Below are positions 56,836 through 64,000 of a stretch of DNA of 64,000 nt, piece after piece. Under the pieces are notes generated by a model. The model did no database searches. It saw only the letters and a program-made list of their open reading frames with translations, and had not been told where the DNA came from. The stretch comes from a virus. The DNA is taken from IMG/VR virus record IMGVR_UViG_3300039074_000056, positions 16,926-80,925 of that record. One strand, 5' to 3'. Position 1 is the stretch's first letter; every line of letters begins with the position of its first letter. The translations under genes were made by a program, and so were the position numbers.

Positions 56836-57024
56836 ATGAGTGACTACTATACCCTAGAGATTGATAACACAGAGCAAGGAGTTCTTACAGTGGATTATGA
56901 GTATTCTTCTTACGATCAAGCGTTTGCTTCTGGACTCAGTTTGAAGAAATACAATGAATTTAACAAGGCGTTCAGAGTGCATCTTGTAACTACAATTCCT
57001 GTGTCTGAGTGGATTCCAGTATGA
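56836..57024 (+). CDS. Hypothetical protein
   Basis: GGAGG RBS. Confidence 0.5.
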   Translation: MSDYYTLEIDNTEQGVLTVDYEYSSYDQAFASGLSLKKYNEFNKAFRVHLVTTIPVSEWIPV

Positions 57025-57203
57025 AACTAATATGTTCAAGCCCTTCTGACAAAAACCAGAATGGTCTTTATTTTAATAGTCTTGAGAAAGCAGAGTATCA
57101 CCAAGAACGAATGAACTTTCTCTTGCAATTTTATCCAGAAGGGTTCAATGTAGAATACTGGAAAGATGAACCCTTACCTTGGGAAATTAAGGAGGTAGTA
57201 TGA
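57021..57203 (+). CDS. Hypothetical protein
   Basis: ATGA coupling. Confidence 0.5.
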   Translation: MKLICSSPSDKNQNGLYFNSLEKAEYHQERMNFLLQFYPEGFNVEYWKDEPLPWEIKEVV

Positions 57204-57412
57204 AAATTGAAATTACAGACTACTCCCAGATTGAAGGTTATGGGACTTGGTACAAAGAAAGAATTACCCTGAGTATCTTTGACCAAGAAGATAATCAAAC
57301 AATGGAATTTATGTGCAATGTTGATGGAGCTAAGAAGATTGCTCAAGAGCTACAACATGCTGTTAATAAATTGCTTCATTGGGCAGAGAAGCGCGAAGAG
57401 GAGGAAGAATAG
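57200..57412 (+). CDS. Hypothetical protein
   Basis: GGAGG RBS. Confidence 0.55.
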   Translation: MKIEITDYSQIEGYGTWYKERITLSIFDQEDNQTMEFMCNVDGAKKIAQELQHAVNKLLHWAEKREEEEE

Positions 57413-57645
57413 TGTGGATTCTAACACGAGAGATTAACGCCTACGACCAAGATGGCGAATATTATGTGAAGGCTTGGATTAACAAGCCAACAGAACAGGA
57501 TATTAAGACAATATTTACTCAGGAATGTGGGTACTATTATTGGGATAATGGTAAGATTTCAAGTCTTGTTCAACATGTACTTTCTGGTGGTGGCAGGCGT
57601 GAGTACGAAACTGAATGGTACTACTTGCGAGAGGAGGGAGAGTAA
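57412..57645 (+). CDS. Conserved phage protein
   Basis: WILTRE.N.YDQDGEY....W..KP...GGGR...E.EWY.L motif. Confidence 0.6.
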   Translation: MWILTREINAYDQDGEYYVKAWINKPTEQDIKTIFTQECGYYYWDNGKISSLVQHVLSGGGRREYETEWYYLREEGE

Positions 57646-57827
57646 TGAAAGATTTTATTAAGTTCTTTATTCTTATGAATGTCTTAATTATTATTGCATT
57701 CTGGCTTACATGTATTTTAGTCATCCTTTGTCATTTCCTTGGACTAATCTTTGGAACTGTACTAGGTTTGTGGCTTACATTTGGTTGTTCGTATTTAATT
57801 TTTAAGGTGCTTGAAAAATCTGAATAA
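57645..57827 (+). CDS. Small membrane protein
   Basis: Two TM segments. Confidence 0.5.
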   Translation: MKDFIKFFILMNVLIIIAFWLTCILVILCHFLGLIFGTVLGLWLTFGCSYLIFKVLEKSE

Positions 57828-57872
57828 TTTTGTAGCATTTAGCTTTACAAATCGAAAAAGTTGGGAGAATTT

Positions 57873-58253
57873 ATGTATCGCCTTAGCACTAAAGAAGAAG
57901 CTTTATTAGACAACCTCTACTTTGATTGCAGCTTCCTTACATTCCAAGAGACGCAAGAAGCTCTTGTAGAGCTGTGTGAGAAGCATAAATATGGCCTTGT
58001 AGAAACATTAGGGAGTCAATACACAGCTTTCTATCTCTCTGTGCAGCTTCCAGCTTACAAAGGGAAGGCTAAGCATGTAGGGGCTATCTTGGAATGGAAT
58101 AGAAACAAGGGAGATGCTTATTTAGAGCTATCTTGGACACAGGATAGCGTAGAGGCATATCTAAGCTCTAAAAGAGCTGGGAAAGATATGTATGAGAAAA
58201 TAATGCAATCTTTAGTGGGAAAGTTGTTGACAGAGTGGAGCTTGAAGGTATAA
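57873..58253 (+). CDS. Hypothetical protein
   Basis: GGAG RBS. Confidence 0.55.
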   Translation: MYRLSTKEEALLDNLYFDCSFLTFQETQEALVELCEKHKYGLVETLGSQYTAFYLSVQLPAYKGKAKHVGAILEWNRNKGDAYLELSWTQDSVEAYLSSKRAGKDMYEKIMQSLVGKLLTEWSLKV

Positions 58254-58256
58254 GAT
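58227..58256 (+). promoter_or_regulatory. Sigma70-like promoter
   Basis: TTGACA-18-TAAGAT. Confidence 0.6.
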
Positions 58257-58296
58257 AGCTTCATTGAAATTTGAAAACAAAACAGGAGAATTTGAA

Positions 58297-58527
58297 ATGC
58301 AAATAGACCTGCCATACTTTAATGGATTCCGTATTGACTTAGAATCTGAAATTTTATACTTGCATCTTGCTGGATTTGCAAATGGAAGTGATGACCTGAG
58401 TTGTTATACATCATTTTCTAATGCAGACGAGGTATATGATGTAGTAAATAATCTTGAGAGAATTACTAAAGAACTGAAGTTAATGCTAAAATCTTCAAAC
58501 AAAGAGGGTGGATTTTATGCAAGCTAA
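58297..58527 (+). CDS. Hypothetical protein
   Basis: AGGAG RBS. Confidence 0.5.
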   Translation: MQIDLPYFNGFRIDLESEILYLHLAGFANGSDDLSCYTSFSNADEVYDVVNNLERITKELKLMLKSSNKEGGFYAS

Positions 58528-58972
58528 AGCTAATTGGTTCTCAGTGTCTGTGGAAGATTTTTATAATCCTGTAACAGATAAATACGAGATTCCTTCTGAT
58601 TATCTTACTAAAGGTTGCAAGAAGAATATAACGCAGTGCATTTCTAATTACATGAAGAAAGAGCATGACACTGTAGTGCAGACTGCCCTTACATCATCTG
58701 GGAGAGCTAAATACATTGAGGCTATGTGGGCAGATGATAAGTCAGCTAAAGTGGCTTTGGATAGTGTTATTGAAGCAATGCTGAATCGAGCTGAGTGCAT
58801 GGCAAGTGCAAAGACAAGAGAGTTTGTAAATAACATTCGAGGGCAGCTTTGGATTAGCTATAAGCAGTTTGTTGTTCTTTCTTCTATCCTAAATAAACCA
58901 GCATCTAATGCTTATTGGGAAAATGATAATGACGAGGAGTTGTCTAAGTCTTATCTTGCATTGAATAAATAG
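58517..58972 (+). CDS. Hypothetical protein
   Basis: GAGGG RBS. Confidence 0.55.
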   Translation: MQAKANWFSVSVEDFYNPVTDKYEIPSDYLTKGCKKNITQCISNYMKKEHDTVVQTALTSSGRAKYIEAMWADDKSAKVALDSVIEAMLNRAECMASAKTREFVNNIRGQLWISYKQFVVLSSILNKPASNAYWENDNDEELSKSYLALNK

Positions 58973-58980
58973 TATATTGC

Positions 58981-59202
58981 AAATGCAGATTCAAGGTGCA
59001 GATTGAGTTTAGTTAATAATGCAGACTGAATATGTATAAATGCAGATTGCAGATTTAACTTTTAGTAAATGCAGATAGCATTCCTGTATAATGCAGACTC
59101 GATTCCTTGATATCCAATTTTTGACAGCCATTACTTCCCGATTTTTGACAGCCTATATAATGCACTTGCATTAAAATACACTTGTATATATATATATATA
59201 TA
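58981..59202. repeat. Short direct-repeat array: 7x TGCAGA, 2x ATTTTTGACAGCC, then (TA)9
   Basis: TGCAGA at 58984, 58997, 59020, 59041, 59048, 59070 and 59092; 13-mer at 59117 and 59141; TA run at 59185-59202. Confidence 0.85.
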
Positions 59203-59465
59203 ACCCTAGTCTAATTATATCAAAATAAATTGATTTACAATTCTTTTGTAAAAACGCTTGCAAGCCTATCACCTATCGTGCTACTCGCGTGGGCGCGTGA
59301 TATAAAAGGCATCGCAAGCGATTGCACACGATTGCTCAAAAAATAAGCAAACGATCAAAAGACAAGAAAAAAGATTGAAAAATCGCTTGCAAAGCGTCTC
59401 GTGAGTCTTTAATGTTCGCTTTGTCGCTAGGCAATAACGCAAAGCGCAAAACGATAGGTGGCATC

Positions 59466-59882
59466 ATGACTAACTTTACTTTTGATAGTGGCACAATTCC
59501 TCAAGTTCAAAGCGCAATTAATCAAGCGTTCAATCATGGCTTGCGTATTCGCGTATGGTACGGCGACACAATGACGGGCGCATCATGGGGCGACGAATAC
59601 GACATTATTGGCACTATCGGACGTTCAACCGGAATCAATAAGATTCCGCTATTGATAGCAAACAAGCGTTCGTTAGGTGGCGGTGCTATCCTGACTTCGC
59701 GAATAATCAGAATTGATACAACGGACGGAGGAAAGCTATACAGGCATCCTTCCTTTCATCATGGATTTACACAAGACGGAAATAATGTGCTTAAGTGGGG
59801 CGAATTGTACGCTAATTGCAAAGATGAAAAACAAGCGGCAAAGTTGGTCGGTTTTATGTCTGGCGAACGCTACTCAAAATAA
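59466..59882 (+). CDS. Conserved early phage protein
   Basis: RIR.WYGD..TG..W..E.D..G.IGRSTG..KIPLLI...RS.GG.AIL motif. Confidence 0.7.
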   Translation: MTNFTFDSGTIPQVQSAINQAFNHGLRIRVWYGDTMTGASWGDEYDIIGTIGRSTGINKIPLLIANKRSLGGGAILTSRIIRIDTTDGGKLYRHPSFHHGFTQDGNNVLKWGELYANCKDEKQAAKLVGFMSGERYSK

Positions 59883-59900
59883 CCATTTATAGGTGATAAC

Positions 59901-60143
59901 ATGACACTAGCAGAACAAGCAAAACAAGCGTGCTCTGATTCTACCGCTTTTACACTGTACGGAGCTTACGCTTTGAAATGTACTCGTGAGACTGTAAAAT
60001 TTGCGCATGGCGTAAATGAGCTAGAAAAGCGAAACGATAAAGGCCGTGTAATTAAGTCACGCTGGCGCTATGCCGACAACAGCGTGTTAGAGTATGTCTA
60101 CAGTGAAGCAAACGAAACTTATAAATTAAAGGCGAGCGCATAA
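59901..60143 (+). CDS. Hypothetical protein
   Basis: AGGTG RBS. Confidence 0.55.
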   Translation: MTLAEQAKQACSDSTAFTLYGAYALKCTRETVKFAHGVNELEKRNDKGRVIKSRWRYADNSVLEYVYSEANETYKLKASA

Positions 60144-60144
60144 C

Positions 60145-60336
60145 ATGAAAACCAAAAACAAACGAACAATTAGCCAAGCCGTCTTTGATAGTCATCAGGC
60201 TCGCAAAATTACAAAAGCAGGTCATGAGCAAGCCGTACTAGAATTGGCAAAAACGCCAAGGCATAAATTGGATAAATCAAATCCGAATAACCCATACTAT
60301 GATTTCAGAATTTTTGAAGTAAATACACTAGCATAG
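60145..60336 (+). CDS. Small basic protein
   Basis: ORF starting MKTKN. Confidence 0.5.
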   Translation: MKTKNKRTISQAVFDSHQARKITKAGHEQAVLELAKTPRHKLDKSNPNNPYYDFRIFEVNTLA

Positions 60337-60355
60337 TCAAAAGCGAGCAAATAAC

Positions 60356-60481
60356 ATGAAAACCAAAAACACCACATTGCAATTTTCACGCAAACAAGCG
60401 GAAAAAGAACGCGATTTAATGCGCAAGAAAAAGCGCAAAGATAAGCAAATTGAGCTGGCCTTTTATAGCGCAAGCGTTTAA
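60356..60481 (+). CDS. 41-aa basic protein (absent from the ORF track)
   Basis: MKTKNTTLQFSRKQAEKERDLMRKKKRKDK...; start region duplicated from the upstream gene. Confidence 0.45.
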   Translation: MKTKNTTLQFSRKQAEKERDLMRKKKRKDKQIELAFYSASV

Positions 60482-60524
60482 CCTAGTTAAATCAATTTTG
60501 ACAACCACAAAAGAGTAAATAGCC

Positions 60525-61028
60525 ATGTTTAAGAAAGTAAAAAGCCCAGTAAGTGAAACGGAACAAGCCGTCATCGACTACATGCCGACAATCGGAAAGT
60601 CATTCAAGCTTACGCACATTTGCTTAACAGAGGATGAGAGAGGCTGGAAATATGACCAATGGCGCGTAGAATTAGCGGGGCAGACTTTTGAATACAAAAC
60701 AGGCATTGGTCATCGCACCATTAATAAATGCCTTTCGCAAACCGATATACAATGGCTAAACAGGCTAAAGTCGCCAACACTTGATATAATAACGCGATAT
60801 ACTCGGCAAAATACCCCTGATTTAGCTGGCGTTATTTATTCTTTAATTATGGATAGCCAAGCTGCCCAAGAATCATTCTCTGATTTTTGTGATAACTACG
60901 GGTATTCAAATGACAGTATCAGTGCATTACACACCTATCAAGAATGCGATAAAATCAAAAATAAGTTAGTTAAAGTATTTACCCGCGAGCAAGTATCATA
61001 CTTGCAAGAATTGTTGCAGGACTATTAG
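60525..61028 (+). CDS. Conserved early phage protein
   Basis: Y.TGIGHR...P....V..SL..D....SF.DFC...GY..DS..A...Y..C motif. Confidence 0.7.
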   Translation: MFKKVKSPVSETEQAVIDYMPTIGKSFKLTHICLTEDERGWKYDQWRVELAGQTFEYKTGIGHRTINKCLSQTDIQWLNRLKSPTLDIITRYTRQNTPDLAGVIYSLIMDSQAAQESFSDFCDNYGYSNDSISALHTYQECDKIKNKLVKVFTREQVSYLQELLQDY

Positions 61029-61039
61029 GATTAAAAATT

Positions 61040-61246
61040 ATGAAACGCACTAAACTTTGCGCCACTGATTTAATGACGCGCCACCACATACCGCATGATA
61101 AAGACTTTTTCACCTTGTCTTTTTCTGAAGTGGAAAATGTATTGAATGCAGCGGACGAATGGAAATATAAAAAGCCAGTGAATGCTAATGGCAGCAAGGC
61201 GCGTTACTTTCACGCCTTCCTTACAAGACTAATTGCGAGAAAATAA
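61040..61246 (+). CDS. Hypothetical protein
   Basis: DF..L...V...A....Y.KP.NANGS.AR.F motif. Confidence 0.6.
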   Translation: MKRTKLCATDLMTRHHIPHDKDFFTLSFSEVENVLNAADEWKYKKPVNANGSKARYFHAFLTRLIARK

Positions 61247-61249
61247 ATC

Positions 61250-61735
61250 ATGCCATACTCAGCCCAAGCAAAAAACATTATGCGCCAATGGCGGAAAGTA
61301 AACCTAGATTCGCTTGTAAGCGGATATATTGAGGCAGCATTGTGGTCTAGTACACCATATGATGACAATGGCGAAGTGATAGCAGAGGATTTTCTAGGCT
61401 TCACCTTGTCTGATAGCTTTAAGCAAGCCATGCGCGAGAGAGTAGCCTGTACACTATTAAAGCGTGATACCCGCGCCTTATTTCGCATAGCTACTTTGCG
61501 AGGAATCAAAAAAGATGGCGTAAACACCCATACGCGTAATAATTGGGAATATGACCAAAACCAATTCGGGCATGATTTATGGCTAACTGAGAACGGGCAT
61601 GGCGTTGGTTTCTGGTGTCGTGAGGAATTGGAGATTGATATTAAAGGCAATACACTAGGCGATGAGCTAACAGAGGCCGTTCAGTATCGGGAAGCGAGTC
61701 TATATCTTGACGATCAACAACGCGTTTGCATTTGA
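61250..61735 (+). CDS. Conserved early phage protein
   Basis: GYIEAALWSS...GHDLWLT.NGHG.GFW.R motif. Confidence 0.7.
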   Translation: MPYSAQAKNIMRQWRKVNLDSLVSGYIEAALWSSTPYDDNGEVIAEDFLGFTLSDSFKQAMRERVACTLLKRDTRALFRIATLRGIKKDGVNTHTRNNWEYDQNQFGHDLWLTENGHGVGFWCREELEIDIKGNTLGDELTEAVQYREASLYLDDQQRVCI

Positions 61736-61764
61736 ACCAATCAATCAATTCGAGAAAATAAATT

Positions 61765-62061
61765 ATGAGCGTATACGGAATCAACTCTAAGACTTCAGGA
61801 TTCATTGAAACAAGCCATTCAGAGAGAGGCGCAAAGAATCACGCCTCGCGCAATGGATACCGCGCAGTCTATCGTATGTGCGAGCATTCATGGCTTGTTA
61901 CCCTAGTGTCGGTGTTTGTTGCCGACTATGGGCTAAATGGTAAATGGATGAATCCAGACGACGCGAGAGAGTGGCTAGACAAACAAGCGGAAAAAATACA
62001 CGCAAGCAACGTTCAGCGAGCAAACGAAAACCATTCAAAAATATACGGAACGGGAGTGTAA
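61765..62061 (+). CDS. Hypothetical protein
   Basis: S.SERGAK.HA.RNGY..V motif. Confidence 0.6.
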   Translation: MSVYGINSKTSGFIETSHSERGAKNHASRNGYRAVYRMCEHSWLVTLVSVFVADYGLNGKWMNPDDAREWLDKQAEKIHASNVQRANENHSKIYGTGV

Positions 62062-62232
62062 GCGCATGATTTATCTGATTTTATTGGCTTTTGTTATGGT
62101 AAAAATGAGTAGGACGTTCTCTTAAAAATAAATTAATTTTGGCCTAAATTGACAGAACAAAAGCTAAAAAGCGTGTATACTTGTCTGCATGGGGCGGCAA
62201 TGGTGCAACCCCTAGCCTATATGGTGGACGCT

Positions 62233-62442
62233 ATGAATAGCCAGAAAATCGTTGCTCGCTTTGAAACTACTACACACAAAGCCATTGTTTGGGAAAATGG
62301 TTTCCTTAAATTTTCCGTCCACTTTTACTCTGCAAAGAATGCAAGCAATGCAGGGTATGGCGATGAGCTTAACTTTGATACTCGCGATTATGATGCTGCA
62401 ATCGCGATTGCCGTTAAATACGCCACCACTGGCAAAATTTAA
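62233..62442 (+). CDS. Hypothetical protein
   Basis: GTGGA RBS before ATG 62233. Confidence 0.5.
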   Translation: MNSQKIVARFETTTHKAIVWENGFLKFSVHFYSAKNASNAGYGDELNFDTRDYDAAIAIAVKYATTGKI

Positions 62443-62500
62443 TAAATGGCATAAGCGCCTCGTAAGAGGCGCAACACCAACAAAAGAGAGAGAATCAATC

Positions 62501-62803
62501 ATGAGCGACTATATCATCCCAGCATTCACGCCTAGCGTGAAAAAGCAATCCAATCGGTGGAATTTAGCCATGAGTAAAAGTAATTATGAGCTTCAGCTAG
62601 CCTACTACAAACAAGAGGCCTTACAAGGTCACTATAAAGCGGTATACGCCACGCATGACAAGTTTATGAGTCGCACTATCACTGTAGTGGATAACGCCGG
62701 TAATGCTCATGTCGTCTTTAATGAGACACAAAGCAAGCAAACGGAATTGGACTATTACGCTTCACTTGATTCCCTGCCTTATCATGCTGGAGACTACCAA
62801 TGA
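62501..62803 (+). CDS. Hypothetical protein
   Basis: ATG after GAGAG. Confidence 0.5.
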   Translation: MSDYIIPAFTPSVKKQSNRWNLAMSKSNYELQLAYYKQEALQGHYKAVYATHDKFMSRTITVVDNAGNAHVVFNETQSKQTELDYYASLDSLPYHAGDYQ

Positions 62804-62917
62804 GTACCCAAACAAAAGACAATCTAGGCTTCGCTTTATTCTTATTAGCTTGCCTACCCATTGGCTATGCTTTCTGGTCTAGCGCGTTATCTTCCTTTTA
62901 AGATAGGAATTAAGAAA

Positions 62918-63172
62918 ATGAAAACAATTTACTTAGAAGGCGTAAGAGGCGAGCTAACAAAAGTGAGAGTATTGGCACTAGTCAAGCGGGAGTTTATAAG
63001 TAGCAATGCAATAAAGGTAGAACTTCTGGAATCAGCCAATGGCTACAAAAAAGGCGATATTGTAATTACTTATGCGCGTTGGTTAGTCACAAACCCAAGA
63101 CTAAAGGGGTTTGGAATTGTAGTCGATCAGGCGGAATTGCCAGATAACCTGCCCACAATAAAGGAAGCATGA
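62918..63172 (+). CDS. Hypothetical protein
   Basis: AGGA RBS. Confidence 0.5.
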   Translation: MKTIYLEGVRGELTKVRVLALVKREFISSNAIKVELLESANGYKKGDIVITYARWLVTNPRLKGFGIVVDQAELPDNLPTIKEA

Positions 63173-63332
63173 AATATGGCTATTATCAGCATTAAACAGC
63201 CTACAATCGCCACCAAACAGCGTATAGAACGTCTTAAAGCGTTGGCTAGACTAAAGCGTCAGGTAGTCATTACAAGCGAACGTAAAGCAGCATTACACAA
63301 CACTACAGCTAACAAAAGTGAGAATGTATAAC

Positions 63333-63590
63333 ATGAGCACAATCTACTATCAGGTAATCGACTTCAGCAATAAGAAAAGCGCCTTATCATGCCGTAGGGC
63401 ATTGATTAAACTAAAGTCCACTGTGTCATGCAGTGAACCTATGCAGTATTACTTCAGCCAAACATGGCAGGAGGAACACGCTTTATATGTCCACACTACA
63501 ATGACAGAGGAACAACTAGACCACTGGCTTTATAGTGTAAAGGCGTCTGGCGACTATATAGGCTGTACTTTAAAGCTAGATAGTCAGTAA
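63333..63590 (+). CDS. Hypothetical protein
   Basis: T..TE.QLD.WLY...DY.G motif. Confidence 0.55.
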   Translation: MSTIYYQVIDFSNKKSALSCRRALIKLKSTVSCSEPMQYYFSQTWQEEHALYVHTTMTEEQLDHWLYSVKASGDYIGCTLKLDSQ

Positions 63591-63645
63591 TGGCATTCTA
63601 TAGCGTAGAGCCTCGTGAGAGGCGCGAGCACATCAAGTAAACAAT

Positions 63646-63676
63646 AAGAGGCCTCTTAATTGAGGCCTTTCTTTTG
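63646..63676 (+). terminator. Rho-independent terminator closing the early operon
   Basis: AGAGGCCTC-ttaatt-GAGGCCTTT followed by CTTTT. Confidence 0.75.
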
Positions 63677-64000
63677 TCTGCTATATAACAGTATAGTATT
63701 AGACTATTAAGTAATGCACTAATGATAGTATTTAGACTCACATTTAGAATCTGACACCCTCTCGTATCAAATATAACAAATAAATTATTTTCTTTTGTCA
63801 TTATAAAATCACTATAATTCTATTATATGCACAATAATAGTGCATCATTATTTAGCTTATAATCATTATAAAATAACATCATTATTACTCATAACATGGC
63901 ACAATAACATGCATTAAATAGCATTCTGTTATTCGTTTTAATGTCATTAGTATAATCAATAATCCTCTGTAAGCCTTGATATTAAAGGCTTTAGATATTT

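Noticed and set aside
58981-59153. Possible CRISPR array
   Set aside because: Repeats are only 6-13 bp with irregular short spacers, and there are no cas genes
1-64000. Stop-codon reassignment or inteins
   Set aside because: Core genes are intact in the standard code, and no intein-sized insertions or splice motifs were seen in the polymerase, helicase or RNR

Overview
This window is a 64-kb segment of a tailed dsDNA bacteriophage genome with siphovirus-type morphogenesis genes; the spanin pair implies a Gram-negative host. No integrase, repressor, tRNA or CRISPR array was seen. Layout: (1) 1-26.7 kb, + strand: head (XkdF-like protease, scaffold, decoration protein, major capsid), neck, tail tube, tail chaperones joined by a -1 frameshift, tape measure, tail tip and fibres, a beta-helix spike, and the lysis cassette (GH19 endolysin, spanins). 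(2) 26.8-45.8 kb, - strand: nrdA/nrdB, thyX, phosphoesterase, nucleases, SSB, a family-B DNA polymerase and a T7-gp4-like primase-helicase. (3) 45.9-64 kb, + strand: many small early or accessory genes behind sigma70-like promoters. Main observations: a 253-nt ORF-less group IA2-like intron splitting the tape-measure gene; two ~340-400-nt heavily base-paired intergenic ncRNA candidates; three tandem stubs resembling N-termini of different endolysin families just before the intact lysin; an unannotated 46-aa gene that may dock a depolymerase-like spike onto an RcGTA-type head-spike base through a peptide pair reused at the tail tip; and a phased TGCAGA repeat array followed by a (TA)9 tract. 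Family names come from recognising motifs by eye, not from database searches.
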